Positions 45,489-56,300 of a DNA stretch of 64,000 bases are shown here, piece by piece. Source of the stretch: Shigella phage SHBML-50-1. The position numbers were made by a program, and so were the translations under genes. The first letter of the stretch is position 1. The number at the start of each line of letters is the position of its first letter. The stretch lies in sequence record KX130864, one strand, 5' to 3'. The notes under the pieces were generated by a model that saw nothing but the letters and a program-made list of their open reading frames with translations, did not search any database and was not told where the DNA came from.

Positions 45489-45805
45489 AAGTCCTCAACT
45501 TGAAAATCGTCTTTAAACAATCGGTTAACTATATGAGCTATTATATCACCATGACACGGCTTTGGTTTACATGTGCATCCTAGCCTCATTCCACGTAAAG
45601 GCTCTAAATGTTCTTTAGTTATTTCTCCGGATTTAATTCGACGTATAAAATCTTTTTTGAATAATTCAATGGCAGCCTCCCGGCTGCCAGCATCTTTACC
45701 GACGTAATTTCCCCAAAATGTACCACGGTGAATATTAACATCAAAGTCGGATTTATATTTATTCACTACCCGGCATAGACGGCCCGCGCTGGAATAATTC
45801 GTCAT
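45479..45805 (-). CDS. hypothetical Cys/His-containing protein (nrdA.1-like position)
   Basis: 108 aa; [17 protein letters not shown] motif. Confidence 0.6.
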   Translation of the reverse strand: MTNYSSAGRLCRVVNKYKSDFDVNIHRGTFWGNYVGKDAGSREAAIELFKKDFIRRIKSGEITKEHLEPLRGMRLGCTCKPKPCHGDIIAHIVNRLFKDDFQVEDLCN

Positions 45806-46034
45806 ATTGTTTTTCCGTTAATACAGTAATATCATAGTAACAATCGGAAGAAGTTTTAACTGTGGAAATTTTATTATCAAAATACTCACGAGTCATTTTA
45901 TGAGTATAGTATTTTTTACCATAAATGGTAATAGGCTGTTCTGGTCCTGGAACTTCTAACTCGCTTGGGTTAGGAAGTGTAAAAAGAACGGCACCAGAAG
46001 TATCTTTAAATCGTAAAATCATATATCCTCGCAA
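45759..46034 (-). CDS. hypothetical protein (nrdA.2-like position)
   Basis: 91 aa ORF. Confidence 0.55.
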   Translation of the reverse strand: MRGYMILRFKDTSGAVLFTLPNPSELEVPGPEQPITIYGKKYYTHKMTREYFDNKISTVKTSSDCYYDITVLTEKQYDELFQRGPSMPGSE

Positions 46035-46042
46035 TAATAAAA

Positions 46043-46903
46043 TTACACCGCCATCTTTCCTTTAATAGGAGGGTGTGATTCATAGTTGTTAAGAACAAAA
46101 TTATGTGGCTTTGCGAATTGACTCAACCAAAATACCTGCGATTCTGTGTCCCATTCATCAAATTCATCTGGAAATTTTAATTGCAATTCGCATAAATCCA
46201 TAGGTTCACGACATAAAATTTCTTTACATTGTTCTACGTGATTCATATAGATATGAGTATTACCACCAGAAAATATCAAATCTCCCGGAATAAGATTACA
46301 CATCTTAGCTACAATATGAACTAACGTAGCATATGATGCAATATTAAATGGAAGACCGAGGAAAACATCTACCGAACGTTGATACCACTGAAGGTCAAGG
46401 TATCCATTACGCACATTAAACTGATAGAACATATGACAAGGCGGTAATGCCATATATTTAAGTTCAGCTGGATTCCACGCAGAAACAATTTGACGCCTAT
46501 CATTTGGCAGTTTTTTAATACGATCAATAACTTCTATAATTTGATCTACACCGCCAAAATCACGCCACTGTTTTCCATAAATTGGACCAAGTTCACCGCT
46601 ATGGTATCCTAAATCTTTTGCTTGATTTTCGTAATTTTCATCCCAGACTGTTTTGCCTTGAATTAATGAATCATGTTGAATTAATCGCAAATCATTGACA
46701 TTTGTGCTTCCTGATAAAAACCATATTAGCTCAGCAATGCATGCATTCCAGGCGAGCTTTTTAGTTGTTACTGCAGGAAAACCTTTGGTTAAATCCCAAC
46801 GCAATTTAGTACCGAACAAAGCAATTGTTCCTGTGCCCGTTCGGTCATCGGTTTCATAGCCATTTTCAAAAATGTCTTTAATTAAATCTTGGTATTGTTT
46901 CAT
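46043..46903 (-). CDS. td: thymidylate synthase (uninterrupted, no intron)
   Basis: 286 aa continuous ORF; catalytic PCH motif ([10 protein letters not shown]); T4 TS size. Confidence 0.95.
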   Translation of the reverse strand: MKQYQDLIKDIFENGYETDDRTGTGTIALFGTKLRWDLTKGFPAVTTKKLAWNACIAELIWFLSGSTNVNDLRLIQHDSLIQGKTVWDENYENQAKDLGYHSGELGPIYGKQWRDFGGVDQIIEVIDRIKKLPNDRRQIVSAWNPAELKYMALPPCHMFYQFNVRNGYLDLQWYQRSVDVFLGLPFNIASYATLVHIVAKMCNLIPGDLIFSGGNTHIYMNHVEQCKEILCREPMDLCELQLKFPDEFDEWDTESQVFWLSQFAKPHNFVLNNYESHPPIKGKMAV

Positions 46904-46940
46904 TTAGTACCTTATATAAATTATAATACATTTTATGAAG

Positions 46941-47294
46941 CTAAATAATCAACGGTTTAGCATCAAATTTTCTCTCAATTTCAGGCGTGAAATATAATTC
47001 TTTACCGCGTTTGGAAAAGCGACCAATAATATGATAATTATTCTCATCAAACGTGATATTACCAATATCCATAGCTTTCAACCAAATATCGATATTTCTA
47101 TCCAGCTTTATGTCAAAATTCCAATACGGAGAACTATTACCGAAAATACTACAAGCGGATTCAGTGAAACAACTGCTATAAATCTTGTCTTTAGGAACTA
47201 CTAATTGATAGACACCTTTAATAAACTGAGGACCCTGCCACTTTGGCTGTTTCTCATCTTTTTCTAATAGAATAGGGTAATAATTAAAATTCAT
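46941..47294 (-). CDS. hypothetical protein inserted between frd and td
   Basis: 117 aa ORF; KGVYQLVVPKDKIYSS is weakly reminiscent of a GIY-YIG N-terminal motif, but the protein is too short for a full Seg-type enzyme. Confidence 0.5.
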   Translation of the reverse strand: MNFNYYPILLEKDEKQPKWQGPQFIKGVYQLVVPKDKIYSSCFTESACSIFGNSSPYWNFDIKLDRNIDIWLKAMDIGNITFDENNYHIIGRFSKRGKELYFTPEIERKFDAKPLII

Positions 47295-47313
47295 ATTTCC
47301 GCCGCGCGTTATT

Positions 47314-48272
<959 letters not shown>

Positions 48273-48325
48273 TTTTTAAAGCATTGCATAATAGAATTCA
48301 TCATTCATAAACTCAAATACAAAAA

Positions 48326-48685
48326 TTATATTATCTCCCATCGAAAAGGGTCAGGAGCATATCCGATAGAGTTAATCATTTTAACTAAAGTTACCATTCC
48401 TTTGTTAACTGCTTGTGCGATTTCATCAAAAACTTCATCGCTATCATCATAAAGGTCATTAAAAAGTTCTAACACGTTCTTCTGAACTTTTAATTTATGA
48501 CCAACAATCTCGCCTACAGTAAATTCGTTTCCGCCGATTCCAGTGTAAAACGTAATTACACCAGTTAACAGACTTTCGCGAGAATCTAGGTCATGTGATA
48601 AATTAATATAAGCCATCCCGGGTGCAGTTTTAAGTTGGCAACGAATTCTTACTTGGGTAATTCCGGTTACATGAATGTCGGACAT
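48326..48685 (-). CDS. hypothetical protein
   Basis: 119 aa ORF. Confidence 0.55.
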   Translation of the reverse strand: MSDIHVTGITQVRIRCQLKTAPGMAYINLSHDLDSRESLLTGVITFYTGIGGNEFTVGEIVGHKLKVQKNVLELFNDLYDDSDEVFDEIAQAVNKGMVTLVKMINSIGYAPDPFRWEII

Positions 48686-48695
48686 ATTATTTTCC

Positions 48696-48938
48696 TCAAA
48701 TAGACTTTTTCACAATTTTCCAATCAGCTTTAAACTGATCAACGTCAGAATGGTAAATCCAGAATCCTGCGCTTTCTCCGTCTTCATAAAGAGGACATCC
48801 ATCGCATTCATCTTCCCATCCCATATCACGTAAAAGATGTTCAGCTTTTTCAATGAGTTCAGAATCTTTACCGATGATATTAAAATACCATTTACCTCTA
48901 ACTTCTGAATCTTTGATGCTCTGGCGTTGTAATCTCAT
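48696..48938 (-). CDS. hypothetical protein
   Basis: 80 aa ORF with CDGC motif. Confidence 0.5.
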   Translation of the reverse strand: MRLQRQSIKDSEVRGKWYFNIIGKDSELIEKAEHLLRDMGWEDECDGCPLYEDGESAGFWIYHSDVDQFKADWKIVKKSI

Positions 48939-48998
48939 TTTATTCTCCTCAGTAGTTGATAGGGTAATAGTATCACACTACTACCCTGTTGTAAACAA

Positions 48999-49292
48999 TT
49001 ATTTTTGAATTTTATCGAGCCACTTACCAAGCTTAATCATTTCTTTAGTAGCCTTTTCCATACTTCTGAACTTAACCAATAGAGGATAGGTATCGACACC
49101 AATAACTAAACTGGTTACAAGACTGTGTTCACCCACAAGCCATAACGAATACGTTTGAATATCGAGCCCGTAATTTCTGTCTTTGTGGACCCGTACACCC
49201 ATCACTTCAAATTTCTCACTAGCTTTTTCTACCGCATCCAGGAAATCGTCTTTAGTCATATTAGGCCTTAAAAGTTTTTCGCAAAAGTTCAA
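48999..49292 (-). CDS. hypothetical protein
   Basis: 97 aa ORF; true start may be the internal MTKDD Met (about 49259). Confidence 0.5.
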   Translation of the reverse strand: MNFCEKLLRPNMTKDDFLDAVEKASEKFEVMGVRVHKDRNYGLDIQTYSLWLVGEHSLVTSLVIGVDTYPLLVKFRSMEKATKEMIKLGKWLDKIQK

Positions 49293-49626
49293 TGATTTCG
49301 TCTACATTGTTTTCATCTACAATGCAGTGAATTTTTGTTACGCCAGAAACCTTGTCTTTGACTTCATCTTCTTCAGAAGTCGGTTCTTTATACTCGCGAA
49401 AACAATGAAATTCGTCTTCACAAACGTTAAAGTAAAAATGCTTTCCATTTGCGCATTCAATGTGTTTTATTACTCTAAATCCATCAACAAAGAAAGCTTC
49501 TTTAACTTCAAACCATCCGCCGTTTTCTTGAATAATTTTAACTATTGATGAATTAGAACGTGGGCGATAATTAATAAATGTATCAATAAGTCTTGGAACA
49601 AGCTCATACTTTTTGCCGATATACAT
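49261..49626 (-). CDS. hypothetical Cys/His-rich protein
   Basis: 121 aa from MYIGKKYEL (GAGGAAA RBS upstream); track ORF begins earlier at a non-ATG codon. Confidence 0.5.
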   Translation of the reverse strand: MYIGKKYELVPRLIDTFINYRPRSNSSIVKIIQENGGWFEVKEAFFVDGFRVIKHIECANGKHFYFNVCEDEFHCFREYKEPTSEEDEVKDKVSGVTKIHCIVDENNVDEIIELLRKTFKA

Positions 49627-49646
49627 TACGGTTTCCTCATTTTGAT

Positions 49647-49666
49647 AGGGGCTTGATAGAGCCCCT
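49647..49666 (-). terminator. hairpin in the frd-32 small-ORF cluster
   Basis: GGGGC-TTGATAGA-GCCCC. Confidence 0.4.
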
Positions 49667-49672
49667 TGATAA

Positions 49673-49900
49673 TTATTGTTCAATCAGTCCCATGTAAAAT
49701 TCTGCGTCTTCAGAATCCATGCCATCACAATATTCATTAGCCATAAAGCGGGTGAGGTCTTCAAGAGGACCTTCAATAACAATTTGAATACTCCAAAACT
49801 TAGAATCTTGTACGCTTGTGATACTAAGTTCAGGATAACGATTACGAATAATCTCTTCAATATATTCAAAATCAACGATGTCAATATCAACTTTAGCCAT
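49673..49900 (-). CDS. hypothetical small acidic protein
   Basis: 75 aa from [11 protein letters not shown] (AGAGGA RBS 8 nt upstream); track ORF extends upstream. Confidence 0.5.
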   Translation of the reverse strand: MAKVDIDIVDFEYIEEIIRNRYPELSITSVQDSKFWSIQIVIEGPLEDLTRFMANEYCDGMDSEDAEFYMGLIEQ

Positions 49901-50004
49901 ATTATTTTCCTCTTTAATCATCAGCAGTATTGCCGATAGTTGTATAGTACCATGGAAGGACAAGGATGTAAACAGCTTTGTGAAAAAATTTTTGAAATAA
50001 AAAA

Positions 50005-50023
50005 GGGGACCTCTAGGGTCCCC
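50005..50023 (-). terminator. terminator downstream of gene 32
   Basis: GGGGACC-TCTAG-GGTCCCC flanked by A/T runs. Confidence 0.6.
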
Positions 50024-50045
50024 AATTAATTAGTAATATAATCTG

Positions 50046-50954
50046 TTAAAGGTCATTCAAAAGGTCATCCAGGTCCGTGTCATCAGCACTAGATGAACTG
50101 CCAGAGCTTGAGCTCATAAAATCATCTTCAGTTTTTGTTTTGAAGTCATCAACATTGAATGCATCCAAATCATCAGCAACTTTATCAGCTTTCTTAGCGG
50201 CAGTTGCTGCGGCACCACCCATAGCAGCAGTTCCCATAACTTGACTGAACTTAGTGCTCAGTTCTTCAAACGATTTGAATTTATCTTTAGAAGTCATTTC
50301 AGAAAGGTCAACCATTTGTTCGAACAGTTCTTTCTGGAAAGATTCATCGTCAATGTTTGGAATCGCAGATTGATTCAGGAATTTAGATTCATCGTAGTTA
50401 CTAAATCCAGAAACCTGTTTAACTTTCAGTACAAAGTTAGCACCTTCCCACGGACAAGTTACATCAACTGGAGTTTCACCCATTTCAACATCAACCGCAA
50501 TCATCGCGTTGATTTTATCCCAGATTTTCTTACCGAAACGATATTTAAATACTTTACCTTCGTTTTCTGGAGCAGCTGGGTCTTTTACAACAAGAATGTT
50601 AGCCCAGTAAGAAGTTTTACGTTTAACAAGACTGTACTCTTTATTGTCAGTGTTGTACAGATCATTTTTACTGATGTATTGACATACTGGGCAAGAATCG
50701 TAATCACCATGGGTAGATGAACATGTTTCAATATACCATTTACCATTTTTCTTGAAACCGTGATTTACAAGAATTGCGAATGGTGCTTGTTCATCATTTT
50801 TAGACGGAAGAAAACGAATTACTGCTTGACCGTTACCCGCATTATCGAGTTTCAGTTTCCACTCGCCTTTATCTTCAGAAGAAAAACCACCTTTATTTCC
50901 AGCCAGTTTAGCCATTTGTGCAGCGAGTTCAGCAGTAGATTTACGTTTAAACAT
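50046..50954 (-). CDS. 32: single-stranded DNA-binding protein gp32
   Basis: 302 aa; [17 protein letters not shown]...; acidic C-terminal tail [21 protein letters not shown]; T4 gp32-like. Confidence 0.95.
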   Translation of the reverse strand: MFKRKSTAELAAQMAKLAGNKGGFSSEDKGEWKLKLDNAGNGQAVIRFLPSKNDEQAPFAILVNHGFKKNGKWYIETCSSTHGDYDSCPVCQYISKNDLYNTDNKEYSLVKRKTSYWANILVVKDPAAPENEGKVFKYRFGKKIWDKINAMIAVDVEMGETPVDVTCPWEGANFVLKVKQVSGFSNYDESKFLNQSAIPNIDDESFQKELFEQMVDLSEMTSKDKFKSFEELSTKFSQVMGTAAMGGAAATAAKKADKVADDLDAFNVDDFKTKTEDDFMSSSSGSSSSADDTDLDDLLNDL

Positions 50955-51030
50955 TTTTATTTCCTTTTTAATTTAATTAACAGTTGGTGCTATGACGATG
51001 TATGACCTCATAGCTGGTCAGTGAGATAAT
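50955..51030 (-). promoter_or_regulatory. gene 32 autoregulatory translational operator (pseudoknot plus A/U-rich gp32 binding tract)
   Basis: 5' UTR on minus strand reads UGACCAGCUAUGAGGUCAUACAUCGUCAUAGCACC (two interleaved stems) then AACUGUUAAUUAAAUUAAAAAGGAAAUAAAA-AUG; matches the T4 gene 32 operator as I recall it. Confidence 0.6.
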
Positions 51031-51037
51031 TATAATA

Positions 51038-51045
51038 TATTTATA
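51038..51045 (-). promoter_or_regulatory. late promoter box for gene 32
   Basis: Minus strand TATAAATA upstream of the gene 32 leader. Confidence 0.5.
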
Positions 51046-51053
51046 ATAAGCAA

Positions 51054-51707
51054 TTAATACTTGCAAGATTTCACAGTTTCAATAAAAACACTTTTAGCTT
51101 TCTGTGAATCAATATTTAAAATTTTTCTATAAGCCTTTAACTTTATAGAATAATTATTCCAGACCAAATTATCAGTCTGTTCATCATGTTTATCGATTAT
51201 ATTTAAAAACGAATCAAGCAAGATAAACGTTTCAAACGAAATTATATTCGATTGAAGTAGTTTAAAAATATAACTTGATTGAACTTTTGGATTATACTCG
51301 AAGATTTCTTTAAAAGCAGAAACTTCAACTTTTTTACTAAAATAATAAATGTTGCGAATATCTTCTTCAAACTTAAATTTAATTTGCTTTAAGCGTCCGA
51401 TATATTCACGATAAAACACAAGTGCATCAGCGTCAGAGATGTCACCAATCCAAGCATCTTGGTTAGCAACAAGATTGCTTATAAAGATTAAAGCAAGTTC
51501 CTTTAATTTATATTTTTCTGATAACTTCTGGAAAAAATACTTATCCCTTCGCTTTTGATAAGCGGCATCAGACACCCGCATGCACCAATTATACTTAATA
51601 ACATCATACTTTCCATTCATATGTTGTTTTATCATTAAGTATAATTTATAAACTGATTTACCATCAATGTATCTTTCACCACCAGCAGGCATGCGGAGTT
51701 TAATCAT
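51054..51707 (-). CDS. 59: gp59 helicase loader
   Basis: 217 aa; T4 gp59 size and position. Confidence 0.92.
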   Translation of the reverse strand: MIKLRMPAGGERYIDGKSVYKLYLMIKQHMNGKYDVIKYNWCMRVSDAAYQKRRDKYFFQKLSEKYKLKELALIFISNLVANQDAWIGDISDADALVFYREYIGRLKQIKFKFEEDIRNIYYFSKKVEVSAFKEIFEYNPKVQSSYIFKLLQSNIISFETFILLDSFLNIIDKHDEQTDNLVWNNYSIKLKAYRKILNIDSQKAKSVFIETVKSCKY

Positions 51708-52042
51708 AGTAGAAAATCTAATGTATTAGTTTTTTCACAACGAACAACAGAAGGACGTAAAAGATTTTCGTCGATAGCTTCTGACTGAATTTTTTCAATT
51801 ATACCCGAAGGAATAAATTTAGCAAATTGAGTTTCAGGAATAGAGTTTTCTTCTAAGAATGCTGTCGTAGCTTCAAGATAACTCATTCCAAACTCTTCTA
51901 CCATTTTTTCAATAATAAATCCATTTTCTTGACGATCAAGAAGCTTTGCTATTTCATCCTTTTCTTTCTTGATTGAAAGTTCTTTTTCTGAAAGACCGGT
52001 CTCATCGACCGGACGAATATCATTTAGAGAAAACTGTGTCAT
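51704..52042 (-). CDS. 33: gp33 late transcription co-activator
   Basis: 112 aa from MTQFSLNDIRPVDE...; overlaps the gene 59 start. Confidence 0.85.
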   Translation of the reverse strand: MTQFSLNDIRPVDETGLSEKELSIKKEKDEIAKLLDRQENGFIIEKMVEEFGMSYLEATTAFLEENSIPETQFAKFIPSGIIEKIQSEAIDENLLRPSVVRCEKTNTLDFLL

Positions 52043-52289
52043 AAAGTTCAACTACCTCTTCGGTTTCAGCTTCAAACACATCACGGTTATCTTTATGATA
52101 TAGAGCCAAAAGACGATTAAACATCTTGCCATCAACACCAAGTTCATCTTTAGCACGAATTCGAATATCTTTAATCAATTCATTATAACCGGAAATTTTC
52201 AGTTTATGATCAGATGCTTCTTTAATAAATTTAGCCAAGTCTTCGCCGTGGATAGCTTCATCAAATTCAACCATTTCTTTTTTAGCCAT
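52020..52289 (-). CDS. dsbA: DsbA double-stranded DNA-binding protein (late transcription enhancer)
   Basis: 89 aa ORF at the T4 dsbA position. Confidence 0.8.
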   Translation of the reverse strand: MAKKEMVEFDEAIHGEDLAKFIKEASDHKLKISGYNELIKDIRIRAKDELGVDGKMFNRLLALYHKDNRDVFEAETEEVVELYDTVFSK

Positions 52290-52297
52290 TATTCACC

Positions 52298-53215
52298 TCA
52301 AAATTCATTAATGCTATTAGTTAATTTAGAAAGACCCGCTTTTACAAAATATGAATAAATTTTGCCACGCGGTGGTAATTTATATGAATTATAGTAATTC
52401 ACAATGTTTGAAGCAATATTATCAGGAATATAATCAAAATCAATTAGAACTAAATTTTCTTTATAACGATTATATTCAGATTCTGTGAGAAGCACCTTAG
52501 CTTGCTCACGGTCATTAGCAATAGCTTCAACGATTGAAGTTTTCATTGAAGGGGTTCGTTCACCTTCAACTTTGGTAAACCAAAAGTCAGATCGTACTTT
52601 AACTGAAGCAACGTTATCCTTTTTATCGCCTTTAAGGATTTTAGTCATACAGTCAATTTCAGCAGAACCGCTTTTAATTTTAACCCATTTCTTGTGCATC
52701 GGTGACCATTGCTTAACATTTGGGTATTTGTGAAGTTGAGTAAAGTCACCATCCGATGAAATGATTAAAATCTTGTGTCCTTCTAAAGAGAGCTTTTTAA
52801 CAAGAACGGCAATATGGTCATCTGCTTCATACTTATCAATATCCATAACGATGTATGGCATATAAGCTTTCAATTCATCTATAACTTTGTGGCTGGATTC
52901 AAAATAACCTTCCCAGTCCCAAGTCGATTCTTCTCGTGCTTTTCCACGGTTTTTCTTATAATAATACGCGAAATCACGACGCCAGTATCCAGATTTCGCG
53001 TTATCAATACACAGTACAATTTTAGTGTATCCAAGCGTTTTTGCTTTTTTGACATTAAACTTAATTGAGTTCAATATCAAATGACGAACCATTGATAAAT
53101 TAATTTTTTCTTTATCTGGGAAGTTTACTAAAGCAGTTGAAAGCGCAATTTGACTAAAGTCAATTAAGCAGATTCCTTCTTTGTAATCTTCATCCAGCAT
53201 CATTTCTAAATCCAT
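52298..53215 (-). CDS. rnh: RNase H (5'-3' exonuclease / flap endonuclease)
   Basis: 305 aa from the first ATG (MDLEMMLDEDYKEG...); T4 RNase H size; track ORF starts at an upstream TTG. Confidence 0.9.
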   Translation of the reverse strand: MDLEMMLDEDYKEGICLIDFSQIALSTALVNFPDKEKINLSMVRHLILNSIKFNVKKAKTLGYTKIVLCIDNAKSGYWRRDFAYYYKKNRGKAREESTWDWEGYFESSHKVIDELKAYMPYIVMDIDKYEADDHIAVLVKKLSLEGHKILIISSDGDFTQLHKYPNVKQWSPMHKKWVKIKSGSAEIDCMTKILKGDKKDNVASVKVRSDFWFTKVEGERTPSMKTSIVEAIANDREQAKVLLTESEYNRYKENLVLIDFDYIPDNIASNIVNYYNSYKLPPRGKIYSYFVKAGLSKLTNSINEF

Positions 53216-53277
53216 ATGAACCTCGTTCAATTAGTGAGATTTCTATTATATACCATCCGAATCTTAAAGTAAACAAG

Positions 53278-53285
53278 TATAAATA
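53278..53285 (+). promoter_or_regulatory. late promoter box upstream of gene 34
   Basis: Exact TATAAATA about 35 nt before the gene 34 ATG. Confidence 0.6.
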
Positions 53286-53319
53286 CTTATTATTGAAAAC
53301 ACAATAGGAGCCCGGGAGA

Positions 53320-56300
53320 ATGGCCGAGATTAAAAGAAAGTTCAGAGCAGAAGATGGTCTGGACGCAGGTGGTGATAAAATAATCAACGTAGCTTTAGCT
53401 GATCGTACCGTAGGAACTGACGGTGTTAACGTTGATTACTTAATTCAAGAAAACACAGTTCAACAATATGATCCAACTCGTGGATATTTAAAAGATTTTG
53501 TAATCATTTATGATAACCGCTTTTGGGCTGCTATAAATGATATTCCAAAACCAGCAGGAGCTTTTAATAGCGGGCGCTGGAGAGCATTACGTACTGATGC
53601 TAACTGGATTACAGTTTCATCTGGTTCATATCAATTAAAATCCGGTGAAGCTATTTCGGTTAACACTGCAGCTGGTAATGATATTACATTTACTTTACCA
53701 TCTACTCCAATTGACGGTGATACTATCGTTCTCCAAGATATTGGAGGAAAACCTGGAGTTAACCAAGTTTTAATTGTAGCTCCGGTGCAAAGTATTGTAA
53801 ACTTTAGAGGTGAACAGGTACGCTCAGTACTAATGACTCATCCAAAGTCACAGCTAGTTTTAATTTTTAGTAATCGTCTGTGGCAAATGTATGTTGCTGA
53901 TTATAGTAGAGAAGCTGTAATTGTAACACCAGCGAATACTTATCAAGCGCAATCAAATGATTTTATCGTACGTAGATTTACTTCTGCTGCACCAATAAAT
54001 ATTAAACTTCCAAGATTTGCTAATCATGGCGATATTATTAATTTCGTCGATTTAGATAAACTAAATCCGCTTTATCATACAATTGTTACTACATACGATG
54101 AAACGACTTCAGTACAAGAAGTTGGAACTCATTCCATTGAAGGCCGTACATCGATTGACGGTTTCTTGATGTTTGATGATAATGAGAAATTGTGGAGATT
54201 GTTTGACGGGGATAGTAAAGCGCGTTTACGCATTATAACGACTAATTCTAATATTCGTCCAAACGAAGAAGTTATGGTATTTGGTGCGAATAACGGAACA
54301 ACCCAAACAATTGAGCTTCAGCTTCCAACTAATATTTCTGTTGGTGATACTGTTAAAATTTCCATGAATTACATGAGAAAAGGACAAACAGTTAAAATCA
54401 AAGCTGCCGGTGAAGATAAAATTGCTTCTTCAGTTCAATTACTGCAATTCCCAAAACGCTCAGAATATCCGCCTGAAGCTGAATGGGTTACAGTCCAAGA
54501 ATTAGTTTTTAACGGTGAAACTAATTATGTTCCAGTTTTGCAACTTGCTTACATAGAAGATTCTGATGGAAAATATTGGGTTGTACAGCAAAACGTTCCA
54601 ACCGTAGAAAGAGTAGACTCTTTAAATGATTCTACTAGAGCAAGATTAGGCGTAATTGCTTTAGCTACACAAGCTCAAGCTAATGTCGATTTAGAAAATT
54701 CTCCACAAAAAGAATTAGCAATTACTCCAGAAACATTAGCTAACCGTACTGCTACAGAAACTCGTAGAGGTATCGCAAGAATAGCAACTACTGCTCAAGT
54801 GAATCAGAACACCACATTCTCTTTTGCTGATGATATTATCATCACTCCTAAAAAGCTGAATGAAAGAACTGCTACAGAAACTCGCAGAGGTGTCGCAGAA
54901 ATTGCTACGCAGCAAGAAACTAATACAGGTACTGATGATACTACAATCATTACTCCTAAAAAGCTTCAAGCTCGTCAAGGTTCTGAATCATTATCTGGTA
55001 TTGTAACTTTTGTATCTACTGCAGGAGCTACTCCAGCTTCTAGTCGTGAATTAAATGGTACAAATGTTTATAATAAAAACACTAATAACTTAGTTGTTTC
55101 ACCTAAAGCCTTGGATCAGTATAAAGCTACGCCTACTCAACAGGGTGCAGTAATTTTAGCAGTTGAAAGTGAAGTAATTGCTGGACAAAGCCAAGAAGGA
55201 TGGGCAAATGCGGTTGTAACGCCAGAAACGTTACATAAAAAGACATCAACTGATGCAAGAATTGGTTTAATTGAAATTGCTACGCAAAGTGAAGTTAATA
55301 CAGGAACTGATTATACTCGTGCAGTCACTCCTAAAACTTTAAATGACCGTAGAGCAACTGAAAGTTTAAGTGGTATAGCTGAAATTGCTACACAAGTTGA
55401 ATTCGACGCAGGCGTCGACGATACTCGTATCTCTACACCATTAAAAATTAAAACTAGATTTAATAGTACTGATCGTACTTCTGTTGTTGCTCTATCTGGA
55501 TTAGTTGAATCAGGAACTCTCTGGGACCATTATACCCTTAATATTCTTGAAGCAAATGAGACACAACGTGGTACACTTCGTGTAGCTACACAAGTTGAAG
55601 CTGCTGCAGGAACACTAGATAATGTTTTAATAACTCCTAAAAAGCTTTTAGGTACTAAATCTACCGAATCGCAAGAAGGTGTTATTAAAGTTGCAACTCA
55701 GTCTGAAACTGTGACTGGAACGTCAGCAAATACTGCTGTATCTCCAAAAAATTTAAAATGGATTGTGCAGAGCGAACCTACTTGGGCAGCTACTACTGCG
55801 ATAAGAGGCTTTGTTAAAACTTCATCTGGTTCAATTACATTCGTTGGTAACGATACAGTTGGTTCAACGCAGGACTTAGAGTTATATGAGAAAAATAGCT
55901 ATGCAGTATCACCATATGAATTAAACCGTGTATTAGCAAATTATCTGCCGTTAAAAGCAAAAGCTGTAGATAGTAATTTATTGGATGGTCTAGATTCATC
56001 TCAGTTCATTCGTAGGGATATTGCACAGACGGTTAATGGTTCACTAACCTTAACCCAACAAACGAATCTGAGTGCCCCTCTTGTATCATCTAGTACTGCT
56101 ACGTTTGGTGGATCAGTCACAGCAAATAGTACATTAACTATTTCTAATACTGGTACGTCTTCTTCTCGATTTACATTTGAGAAGGGTCCTGCTTCTGGTA
56201 GTAATGCTGATTCTGCACTGCATGTTCGTGTATGGGGTAATAAGTACAGCGGCGGTTCTGATGTAACTCGCGCAACGATTATAGAATTCTATGATGCATC

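Noticed and set aside
53190-53387. 65 aa minus-strand ORF spanning the rnh / gene 34 divergent spacer
   Set aside because: Overlaps the gene 34 start and its late promoter region; more likely noncoding promoter DNA.
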